A stretch of 64,000 nt of DNA from NCBI GenBank assembly GCA_950097015.1, contig CATNEN010000039.1:8122001-8186000 (forward strand). Reading direction: 5' to 3'. Positions 12,701-24,700 of the stretch are shown here, piece by piece. The position numbers and the translations under genes are program-made. Source of the DNA: Macrostomum hystrix. Lineage: Eukaryota; Animalia; Platyhelminthes. The notes beneath the pieces are model-generated. The model saw only the letters and a list, made by a program, of their open reading frames with translations, had not been told where the DNA came from and made no database searches. The stretch's first letter is position 1, and the number at the start of each line of letters is the position of its first letter.

Positions 12701-15700
12701 GTCCAGCTCGGTACCCTACTGACTAGACAGACTTTTTTTACTTTTCGGACAAGTTTTCAATCGAAGCCAAACTCACCAGCTGTCTTCGAGGGCATGTGGT
12801 CCAGCTCGGTACCCTACTGACTAGACAGACTTTTTTTACTTTTCGGACAAGTTTTAATCGAAGCCAAACTCACCAGCTGTCTCCGAGGGCATGTCGTCCA
12901 GCTCGGTTGTACGCAGCATCTGCAGATTGCGCTGGGCAATGAAATGCGTATGCAAAGACAGGCCCTTGCTCTCCTGGGAGAAAAACGACTCCTTCATCTT
13001 GCGCAACCGCTTCAGGGTGTCGTAGCCGGCGGGCGCGGCGGCTGCTGAAGCTCCGCCCGCTGACGGCTGCGACGCCGCCGCCTGCTCCGTCGAACTTGCC
13101 TGATTCCAGCGTCTGGTGATCTCCATAGCCTGCAGAAGCTTGACCCGAGCCTCGTCCTGCTCGGTCTTGACTGCCGACATCGCAGCTGCCGCGGCGGCCT
13201 CAGACGAACTGGTCGACAAATTGTCTGCGCGACCGTGTCGGCCCCTGCCAAGGTTAGCCGGCTTCTTCAACAGACGGGCCTCCATGAGGGCTCGAATCTG
13301 CAGCTCCTTGGCGGCGTCCATTGCGAACACATTGTCCCGATCCTCGGAGCTGAGCCTTGCCGCGGCCGCCTCGAAGTCTTCGTCGCAGGAGCTGGCCTCG
13401 TTAGATCTGAAGGAACATGGAATCAACATCAAGCTCTCAACATCAAGGATTCGACATCAAGGAGTCAACACTAAGAACTAGCTTCAAGAACGTTTTAAAG
13501 CTTTAAATGATGGTTTTCCAATGTTAAATAGTCTGGAAGCAATTCCAAAGAAGATTTTAGAAATCCTGAAGGACCAGTTAAACATACTGAAGGACCACTA
13601 AACAACCCTCAAGGACTATTTTACCACCCTGAAGGATCGGTTAGCCAGCCTGAAGGATCGGTAAGCCAGCCTGAAGGATCGTTTAGCCACCCTGAAGGAT
13701 CGGTAAGCCAGCCTGAAGGATCGGTTAGCCACCCTGAAGGATCGGTTAGCCACCCTAAAGGATCGGTTAGCCACCCTAAAGGATGGGTTAGCCACCCTGA
13801 AGGATCGGTTAGCCAGCCTGAAGAATCGGTTAGCCAGCCTGAAGGATCGGTTAGCCACCCTGAAGGACCGGTTAGCCAGCCTGAAGGATCGGTTAGCCAC
13901 CCTGAAGGATCGGTTAGCCAGCCTGAAAGATCGGTTAGCCAGCCTGAAGGATCGGTTAGCCAGCCTGAAAGATCGGTTAGCCACCCTGAAGGACCGGTTA
14001 GCCAGCCTGAAGGATCGGTTAGCCACCCTGAAGGATCGGTTAGCCAGCCTGAAAGATCGGTTAGCCACCCTGAAGGATCGGTTAGCCAGCCTGAAGGATC
14101 GGTTTAGCCAGCCTGAAGGATCGGTAAGCCAGCCTGAAGGATCGGTAAGCCAGCCTGAAGGATCGTTTAGCCACCCTGAAGGATCGGTTAGCCACCCTGA
14201 AGGATGGGTTAGCCACCCTGAAGGATCGGTTAGCCAGCCTGAAGGATCGGTTTAGCCAGCCTGAAGGATCGGTAAGCCAGCCTGAAGGATCGTTTAGCCA
14301 CCCTGAAGGATCGGTAAGCCAGCCTGAAGGATCGGTAAGCCAGCCTGAAGGATCGGTTAGCCAGCCTGAAGGATCGGTTAGCCACCCTGAAGGACCGGCT
14401 AATCACCATGAAACAACAGTATAACATTATATAAGACTAATTAATAAACAGCAAACAGTAGCAGAAAGCCAACAAGCAGAATAGGAGCAAATTAAGCAAA
14501 AAATAGAAGCATAAACTACAAAGACAACAACAAGGATTGTAAAACGAAAAACACAACGAATTCTTCAGTTTCATATGAAATGATAACAACAATATTGCCG
14601 CTTAACCCTTAGAGTCTTATGGTTTACTCGGGCGTGAGAATTAATCTAATAAGGTTCAGTCAAAAGCTTTGTCTGTATTGCAGTAATCAATTTCTATTGT
14701 TAGTTAACTAGCCTAGAAGCGCAGTGCAAATACGTACAGACTGGTGCTAAACTGGGATTTTAATAGAAAGCAGAAATTTACCCAAGAAATCCGTCGCTTT
14801 CTCCGACACTGAAATATTAGTAGGGAGGCAGTGTGGGGTTGTTGTGTGCAATGGAATACTATTTATAGATCGTATAAAAGTATATGCAATAGTAATAAAA
14901 AATACAGATATACGGGATTTGATTTTCAAGCGAATAATACATTGGCCATGCTATGATTCTAGCGAAATAGTGCATTAAAGAGACCGGTGAGATTGGAGAG
15001 AGTGGGTGAGATGGTAGACACACTGGGGTGAGATGGTAGACAATGCAGTGAGATGGTGGACACACATAGGTGAGATGGTAGACAAACATAGGTGAGATGG
15101 TGGACACACATAGGTGAGATGGTAGACACACATAGGTGAGATGGTAGACAAACCGCGGTGACATGGAGGACACACTGGGATGAGATGGTAGACAATGCAG
15201 TGAGATGGTGGACACTCTGGGGTGAGATGGTAGACACACATAGGTGAGATGGTAGACACACATAGGTGAGATGGTAGACAAACCGCGGTGACATGGAGGA
15301 CACACTGGGATGAGATGGTAGACAATGCAGTGAGATGGTGGACACTCTGGGGTGAGATGGTAGACACACATAGGTGAGATGGTAGACAAACATAGGTGAG
15401 ATGGTAGACACACATAGGTGAGATGGTAGACAAAACATAAGTGAGATGGTAGACACACATAGGTGAGATGGTAGACACACATAGGTGAGATGGTAGACAC
15501 ACATAGGTGAGATGGTAGACAAACATAGGTGAGATGGTAGACACACATAGGTGAGATGGTAGACAAACATAGGTGAGATAGTAGACACACATAGGTGAGA
15601 TGGTAGACAAACATAGGTGAGATGGTAGACACACATAGGTGAGATGGTAGACACACATAGGTGAGATGGTAGACACACATAGGTGAGATGGTAGACACAC

Positions 15701-18700
15701 ATAGGTGAGATAGTAGAAAAACATAGGTGAGATGGTGGACACACATAGGTGAGATGGTAGACACACATAGGTGAGATGGTAGACACACATAGGTGAGATA
15801 GTAGACACACATAGGTGAGATGGTGGACACACATAGGTGAGATGGTAGACACACATAGGTGAGATGGTAGACACACATAGGTGAGATAGTAGACACACAT
15901 AGGTGAGATGGTGGACACACATAGGTGAGATGGTAGACACACATAGGTGAGATGGTAGACAAACATAGGTGAGATGGTAGACAAACTGCGGTGAGATTGT
16001 AGACACACTGGGATGAGATGGTAGACACTGGGATAAGATAGTAGACAATGCGGTGAGATGGTAGACACACTGGGGTGAGATGGTAGACAGACGGGTGAGA
16101 TGGCAGACACACTGCGGTGAGTGTTGATGAGAAACTAGACGATTATAATGGCCTGTACAGTCAGTATAGACGAGCAATGTTCTATACAAGACATAGAACG
16201 CGGAGTCAGAGACCGGATAGCATTTGAAAGCAAGGAAATTGGAAGGAAGGCAATTGCACCGCATATACTAAGTGGCGTAGGAAGGAGAGAACCAGAGTGA
16301 GAGAGTGGGTTAGAGAGAAAGGCCAAACTCAGTGGGAACTGCAATCGGGAATCAGTGGGAAGGCATCTAAATTCGAAAATGAATAGAGTCAAATTAGGTT
16401 CACAAATATAAGGTAGACGGAGAGAAGAGAGATGGTTTAGATAAGAGTGTGTCCATACACATTATGCACATACAAGGCTAGGTAAATCAGATCAGCTATA
16501 TGTGCATATATTTAAGCTTATAGTTTCTCATTTCAGATCATCTAATAGCTGTGCGGCAAACTACTAAATAACCAAACTTCATCAGCATTCGCAACGCATC
16601 GCTTATATACATTTTACTAGCATAGAAATAATGTGGATTTTATGTTTTACTTTAAAAGTACATATTTCTACGTTAAGAACTTATCCTTTAAATTTACAGA
16701 AAAAGAAAAATAATTTCCTAAACACTAGAGTAGAAGAAAATTAATGTAAGCAAAATGGCATTTATTATGAGAAAATTAAGTTGGAAAGACTATAGTACGG
16801 GAGACAGAAAATTATTTCAGGTTTGGGATTAATGAGGGAGATTTCAGGCTTGGGATTAGTGAGGGAGATTTCAGGCTTGGGATTAGTAAGGGAGATTTCA
16901 GGCTTAGGATTAGTGAGGGAGATTTCAGGTTTGGGATTAGTGAGGGAGATTTCAGGTTTGGGATTAGTAAGGGAGATTTCAGGTTTGGGATTAGTGAGGG
17001 AGATTTCAGGTTTGGGATTAGTGAGGGAGATTTCAGGCTTGGGATTAGTGAGGGAGATTTCAGGTTTGGGATTAGTGAGGGAGATTTCAGGCTTGGGATT
17101 AGTGAGGGAGATTTCAGGCTTAGGATTTGTGAGGGAGATTTCAGGTTTGGGATTAGTGAGGGAGATTTCAGGTTTGGGATTAGTGAGGGAGATTTCAGGC
17201 TTGGGATTAGTGAGGGAGATTTCAGGCTTGGGATTAGTAAGGGAGATTTCAGGCTTGGGATTAGTGAGGGAGATTTCAGGCTTTGGATTAGTGAGGGAGA
17301 TTTCAGGTTTGGGATTAGTGAGGGAGATTTCAGGCTTGGGATTAGTGAGGGAGATTTCAGGCTTAGGATTAGTGAGGGAGATTTCAGGTTTGGGATTAGT
17401 GAGGGAGATTTCAGGTTTGGGATTAGTGAGGGAGATTTCAGGCTTGGGATTAGTGATAAAAAGTTCAGGTGTGGGGATTACTGTTGTGTTATGATAGAGA
17501 TAACTTTGCAGAGCACTTGTCCGGTGAAACTTTCTTAACTGACCTAAAATCAGCGGCCCCCAATCGGCCGAGCGAAGACGACGTGGCCTCCTCGGACAGC
17601 GGATGATGATGCCGACGATGATGCTGGGGAGCTTCGCCGCTCAGCCTCCGCCGATCCTTCTTAGAAGCGCCCTCCTCAGAGCTCTCGGAGCCGCGTAAGA
17701 CAACTTTTTCAACTTGATCCTCCGCGAAGCCCAGCGGATTGCTTTCACTGCCGGCGCCACCGGCGGAATTCGACGACTTTTGCGTCTGATGCTGCTGCTG
17801 CTGCTGCTTCAGCTGCGACTGCGGCAGCTTCTTTGATTTTGGCGTGCAGGTGAAATTCGCCCGCTCTCTAGTAACTCCGCTGCTGCCACCGCCGCCGGGG
17901 CCGCCGGCGCCGCTGCGATGCGAACTTACCGACGTCGACGTGACCGACGTTGGCGACATCGGCGAGGCATCCGCCTGCGCTGTAATTAAACCGTCGGCTT
18001 CGTCTGGACTCAAATACAGATGCCCGGCCTTAGCTGCCAGGCCCTCCTCGCCCTGGCCGCCGCCTCCGTGGTGAGCCTCCAGCCAGCGCATCACGATGCT
18101 GCGCGTCTCCAGGTCGGCCAGCACCTCGGCGTGATGCGAGGGGCAGAGGAATCTCCGGGTCTCCGGGTCGCGGGCGAAGGCCGACATGCGCAGAGCGGTG
18201 CCACAGCCGGGATACTGGCAGCGAAAGCAGCGCATGTGGAAGACGTCGTTGTTAACGGAGCGCCGCTCGGCGGCGTAGACGGTGCCATCGCAGAAGTAGC
18301 ACTTTTCCCAGGCCTGACCACCGCCCCCGCCGGCGGCTGTGGACATTTTCGACAACTTTTCCACGCCAGGATGGCTGGCATCGAGCCGCTTCGGTGTCGG
18401 CTGCTGCTGCGGAGCAGCCGCTGCGCCGGTGCCGCCAGACGATAGAAATTCTACAATCTGCGGACTGGGGGCCACCTTGCCCGGCTGTTTCCGCTGCTCA
18501 CCGCTGGAACCGCCGGAAGCTTCAGCTGCAGCTGCTGCTGCTGCCGCCGCAGCCGATGCCGCCTTTTCCGCCGGAGACCTCTTAGGTGGAAAGAGCTTCT
18601 CCTGCAGGTGAGCCACCATGGCCGAGGCCTGCTGCTTTGTCGGCGCCTGCCTCTCCGACTGCTGCCGACCGCCTTTCAGCAGCCGCTCCAGCTCCTTGCG

Positions 18701-21700
18701 CTTGGCTGACGTGGCTCCGCTGTCTATAACCGTCTTAGCCAGCGGATCCTCGGCTCTGGCAGCCGCCGCCTGGTGCCGATCCTTGCGCCGGTGCTTGAGC
18801 AGAGCGTGCAGTCCAGGAAAATGGGCGCTGAACGCTTTCGAACCGCCGCCGGCTGTAGCTGCCGACTTCTCGCCGGACGGATGTCGCTGATGCTGCGAGG
18901 GGCTGTTGCGGAACACCTGGTACAGATAGCGGGCCGCCGACAGCGGATACCAGAGCTCTGGCACCGCCACTGAGCCTCCTGTGCGCGGCTCAACCTCTGT
19001 GCGAACAACCGACCTGGCTAGGTCCATCGCCTGCTCGGCGCTGCCGGCCATGTCCGGGTTGTGGATCGCATTTGGCAGGTAGGTGTTTAGGATGCACAGC
19101 ACCTGTAGATAGAATGAGTATTATGTGCATTGTAATCAAGTACGAGCACAGCTTAGTGCAAGCACATTCTAGTTCGAGTGCACTATAGTACGAGCGCACT
19201 CCTGTACGAGCGCACTCTAGTTCGAGCGCACTAAATTACGAGCGCACTCTAGTTCGAGCGCACTCTAGTACGAGCGCACTAAATTACGAGCGCACTCTAG
19301 TTCGAGCGCACTCTAGTACGAGCGTACTAAATTACGAGCGCAGAATGCCTGGAAACTCAAGTACGTGTGCCCTGGAGCACACAATTAATATTTTCATGCT
19401 GAGGCCAGAAAATTAGAAACTCCGTTGCAGCCGACTTGGTCAGCAGGGCTGACCATAGACTATCGCATGAAAATTTGACTTTTGCTTTGCAAAGCCCTTG
19501 CAGCCGAGAAGGATGAACAAAACCATCTCGCTTGCCAGATGGAGGCCAGGGTAGAAAGTGTGAATGTAAATGGCCAGGACAGAAATTTAAATCTGGCCAT
19601 AAACTATAAAGTTTCAGGAAACCAATAAATAGGCCTTGCTCTTCAAACATATTCGTTACTATTGTACATTTAGGCTGGGGCTGAGAGTTGAGTGTGGATG
19701 TACATAGCTTGAAAAAAAGTTTAAAAGCTGGCCATAGGCTATACAATTATCTTCAAAAACTAAAAAACAGGCCTAGCGGTTTTAATGTTTCTGTACATTT
19801 CTATTGAGCATTAGCAGAGCAGAGTCAACTTAAGTATAATATATATACGAGTAATTATCTACAACTAAGAACGATGTGCTCTTTACATCAGATTCTGACA
19901 GCGATACCGCCATCACAAATGTTTCTGATCCAAGTCTGCTGAAGAGGGAGACGATTTGCAGGAAAGTGGTGAAGATTTCGCTATCGATAAAGAAGGTGAC
20001 GAGTGGCTGAAAGTAAAGCCTGGCAATGATGTTGCGGCGGTGGAATAAACTTTGTGGCTCAGCATGGCTCATCGGCTCTGCAGCAACGTTTACCAGCCAG
20101 AGCAGCAACTTAGTGTTGATGAGTCTCTCATTCTGTATAAAGGAAGGCTACAGTTCAGGCAGTACATACCATCAAAGAGAGCACTAGTTGGTATAAAATT
20201 GTACTGCGCTTGTGAATGGACTTCTGGATATTTATACAGCTTTCTCGTGCACTCGACTGCAGAAGAGAATTACCGCTTTGGTGAAGACCTCGGCTGCGAT
20301 CAACTGTCTCTGAGCGAGAGAATAGTAGTTGAGCTGTGTAAGGATCTGCTTGATTTATGCTACCACATTTTCGTGGACAAGTGGTTCGCTTCTGCCATAC
20401 TTGCCAGTGTTCTGTACGAGCGCAGCACACTTTTCACAGGAACTGTTCGAGCCTACCACGGATTGCCTCTGTCGCTCCGTGGACGCCAGGTGCCAGTAAA
20501 CGACGTCTTCATGAGAAAGCAGCATCTGCTAGCCATGAAGATCTCAGAGCAGAAGGAGAGCGGCTTGAAGACGATCCTAATGCTCGACACCCATGGCTCA
20601 GCTGACAAAGCCCAGGTACCGCGAATCCGCAAGAGTGGTAAAGTGGTGCCGGTGCAGAAGAGCGCATCGAATTTTCTATTCAATTGCTGCATGGGAGGTT
20701 GTTACCGACTAGACGCCATGCTGAAGCCGTACGACTGCTGTCGCGACGTACGCGTCCCAGCCCCTGCTTCGAGGAGTGGCATGCGAATCACAAAGTAACT
20801 GAAGCTACCATCAAAGGATCCGTTTTAAATGTATCTGAGCTATTGTCAATTGCAACCTGTCCTGATATTTTCTTTACGTGAAAAAGCTGTATTTGGTTGA
20901 ATTATAAAAGTTACTGCACATCACAGTAACGGGACCTGGCATGCAAGTGCACATGCGTAGTGAATTTATGACAGAATACGAGGTTGTTAAATTATTAAAT
21001 GAAGATCAATTATTAATGAATTAAGCTTTTTAAATTCATTGAAACAACATGTTTTGCAAGATACATTAAAAGAAGAGCATTAAATCTGCTTCAAAAAAAA
21101 ATTATTCAACATTTTAGTGTGAAAAACCTGACAGGTTCCTATCTTTCTAGTGCATTTTTGCGTGAAAATCTGCCTTTATTAAATTTTCCAAGATACGAAG
21201 TGTCCCGTCATTCTTCTTCTAGTGGTCCTAGTGCTGAACATGATCGGCTGGAAAGGCACTGCTTCTCTGAAACTTTTCTCGCCCATAGACAGCACAAAAT
21301 TTTCTCGGCAGATAGGGCTTTTAGTCTATGGTCAACTCTGCTGACCATCCAGCAGCTTTGAGTTGAAGACATGGTAAGAAATACGAGGATTGCATCAACT
21401 GGCAAACGTATCAAAACGTATATATCGGTTTTGACGCTCTAGATAAGACTTTAGACATTCAAAATAAGACTGCATAGAATCACAAGCAAGGCCAGGCTAG
21501 CCACGGCCAGAGCAATCCCAGTCTTGGCCATAGATGGCTTGGCTTGGCCATAGACTAAAAAATGGAATATCAAAATGAGAATAAGACGCTCAATATGAGA
21601 CCGGGAGTGAAAGCCTTCAGGTCGCTCTAACCCTCTGACCCTCAGCCAGCTCTCTTTCTTCACCCCTTGGGTTGCATCTGACCCCTTGGATTTCACTGTG

Positions 21701-24700
21701 ATGGCACCATCGATTCCTGCAGCAGACCGTCAGCGTCTGATCGACGCAGTAAACAATGGATCAACCATCCTAGCTGCCGCTCAAATTCTCAAGATCAAGA
21801 GAGCGTCCGACTTTAGGATCGCTGCGGAGTTCCGCCTCCATGGCAGAGTTGAATCCCTACCTCTTGGCGGTCGGAGAGAAGAAAATTGCAAGGCTGACAA
21901 CGAGATGAGAGACTTCCTGACTGAGACGCTGGAGGAAAATCCCTTCCTCACACTCAAGGAAATGTCCTCACGTCTGGCTGCGCAGTTTCCGGAAAAGCCG
22001 CAAGTCAGCTACAAGTGCGTGGACCGAATGCTGCACGGTCTGCTATACACCGTGAAGTTTGCTGTCAAAGGCACTGACGTGAGGGTGAGGATAAATTCTG
22101 AGGCAAATATCGAAGCCAGGCACGAATACGCCATGTTCATGTTGAATTTCGCTCAATAGACTCGCACTGTCTTCTTGGACGAGACCGGGTTCAATTTTTG
22201 GACCAGGCGCTGTCAGGGTCGTGCGCTGAAAGGCCGTCCTATTCGGCGAACTGTGACAACGCAACGCGGGCCAAATGTCTCGGTGTGCATGGCGATTGCG
22301 ACTGAGTTTGGTCTCCTGCACTCGAATGTCTACCGCGGTGGACAAACCGTTGCTCGCATCCAAGAGTTTGTGGACGCCCTGTGCGAGCGATGCAATCAAT
22401 TGGACCAGGGAGCCTAATGGGTCATCCTGATGGATGGGCCAAATTTTCATCGTGCGGCGAGGGTCCCTCAGCAGCTCCAGAACCAGATCTCCATCAGGAT
22501 TCTGCCACCATACTCGCCTTTCCTCAATCCTGTGAAGATCGCGAACACAGCACTCAAGGCGCGCATTCGCCAGATGCTGGCGAACCCTGAGCCAGTCGAG
22601 GAAGAGGCTGCTCCACCTGCAGATTTCACTCAAGAGGAGCGGCGCTTCATGCTGCTGGAGCGGATTGCACGGGAGGCAGTCGGCCTCGTCATCACAGCTG
22701 AGAAGGCGGCCAGATGGGAACTCGGCTGTCAGAGGCACTTTGGCAGGTGCCTAAATCGAATTGCCTTCTAACGCAGTCCGCCAGGCTGACTTCAGTGACG
22801 GACTAAACACTTCGATATGCTATTCTGTTTCTTGTGTATTGCCTATTTTCTACTTAGCTGTTTGTATGGTGTAAAGCAAATAAGTATAAGTTATCACCCA
22901 CTTTTTTTTTGGCCGGGAACGGCTGAGGACTCGTTTATTGGCCGAGGCTTCGCCTCGGCCAAGAAACGATGTCCGAAGACGTTTTCGGCCATAGATAAGT
23001 CAAACAAGTGGGTGATAATGGAACTTTACCGGTTGGGTGCCGAGCAAGTTAATGGCGGTCGATCGAGGCGCGTAGGCAGCCAACCGGTAAAAGCATTATA
23101 AGGCTTCAGGCCATAGACAAATCAACTCCCCCTATAACGCTATCTGGCGGCTGTCGGTCGACAAGCAACGGCGTTATAGGGGGAGTTGATTTGTCTATGG
23201 GCTGAAGCCTTATAATGCTTTTACCGGTTGGTAAAATACTTTAATTGATAATTGAAAAGAAACAAATATAAGCGTCCAAATTTTGTAAGCTTCTGGCTCA
23301 TGGCGGATTGGCGCAGTTTGTGCCATAGACATGCCATTATCGCTGAGTGATCGTTTATACCATAATACGTTGCTGAAGCCTTATAATGTATTTATTCCAC
23401 TGTTGAAGCCAGATAATTGTCACCGGACCAGATAAATGTTTATCTGTCCCGGCCAGATAAATTTCAACGGCCAAATAAATAAACTTATCTGGTCTATGGG
23501 CCAATCCAACTGGGGAATAAATTACGTTCAATCCCGGTCTCATATTGAGCGTCTTATTCTCATTTTGATATCCCATTTTTAGTCTATGGCCAAGCCATCC
23601 CTGCAGCCAAGACTGGACTTGCTCTGGCCGTGACTAGCCTGGCCTTGCTTGCGATCCTATGTAGTCTTATTTTGAATGTCTAAAGTCTTATCTAGAGCTT
23701 CAAAACCGATGCTAACAAATCAGCTGTGTAACCAACATACCTGCTTAGGTTCAACATCGTCCACGGCGTCAAGCATCTGTTCATATCGGCTCAGGCGGAT
23801 CTGCAGCCAACGCAGAAAAGCGCGGTCCTGTTCGAAGGGCTGGTCCACATCTTTGTAAGGGAATTTAATTGGCGCCTTGTCTCCTAGCTCTGGCAAGTCA
23901 CTGTCGAATAAATGACGAACCTGCGTGAAAATTTGAGTGAAAAAAATATGAAAGGGAAATCTGTTGAAACCGGTTCAGCTTTCTAAATGGTACATTATTG
24001 ACAATAAACGCATGAACGCATATACACTCAGCAACATTGAAAAGTTTCCACCCTCGCGCAAGTTGTATATTTAGAGTTTCAAAACTGGTTTTTGTCGCCA
24101 GACTTGTGCCATAGACGATTGATGATTTCGTCAACACGCACTTGGGCCATAGAATTCAAAAACTTGGGTCATAGACGCCAGACAAATCGAAGGAAACAGT
24201 CACATGGAGCAGACAGCAGCATCTTACAGGAGTCTAAAATCCACGTTCGCAACCGAACGCAATGGTTCGCCAAATGACCGACCTGGAACGAGCGCGCGCC
24301 ATTGGCATGCTGGACGCTGGGATGTCCATCCGAGCTGTTGCTCGCCAAATTGGGCGGTCACACACAGCAATCCGCAAACTGCAGATCAAGTGCAGAGAAA
24401 CGGGCAGCGTGGCGCACGCCACGCGCGGCCTGCGGCTCAATATGCGCAGTACAACTAGGAGGGCGGACCGGCGATTGCTGCGAATGGTAAAGGGAAGCCC
24501 CACATTGCCAGCCACCCTGCTACGGCTGATGTGGGCTGAAAGAAGCAGGCGAGGGAATGTCCTGAGCGCCCAAACCATCCGACGACGATTGCGGGAGTCG
24601 GGGCTGCGATCCCGTAAGATGCGCAAACGGTCACGCCTGACCCCAACCCATGTGGCCAGCCGGGAACAATGGGCAATGCAAAGGGTCCACTGGAGGCAGC

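Larger units (their letters stand above)
21424..23710 (+). mobile_element. Decayed IS630/Tc1/mariner-superfamily element with ~190-bp TIRs
   Basis: 21424-21611 is the reverse complement of 23527-23710 with scattered mismatches; encloses a transposase pseudogene. Confidence 0.88.

Noticed and set aside
22157-22417. In-frame TAG/TAA read as Gln (alternative code or readthrough) in the IS630-like ORF
   Set aside because: The catalytic E is also mutated and host genes use TAA/TAG as stops; ordinary C>T decay suffices.
22911-22990. CTGAGGA...GAAACGATGTC hammerhead-like motif
   Set aside because: Stem II is not adjacent to the core and there is no stem I closure; better explained as a transposon palindrome.
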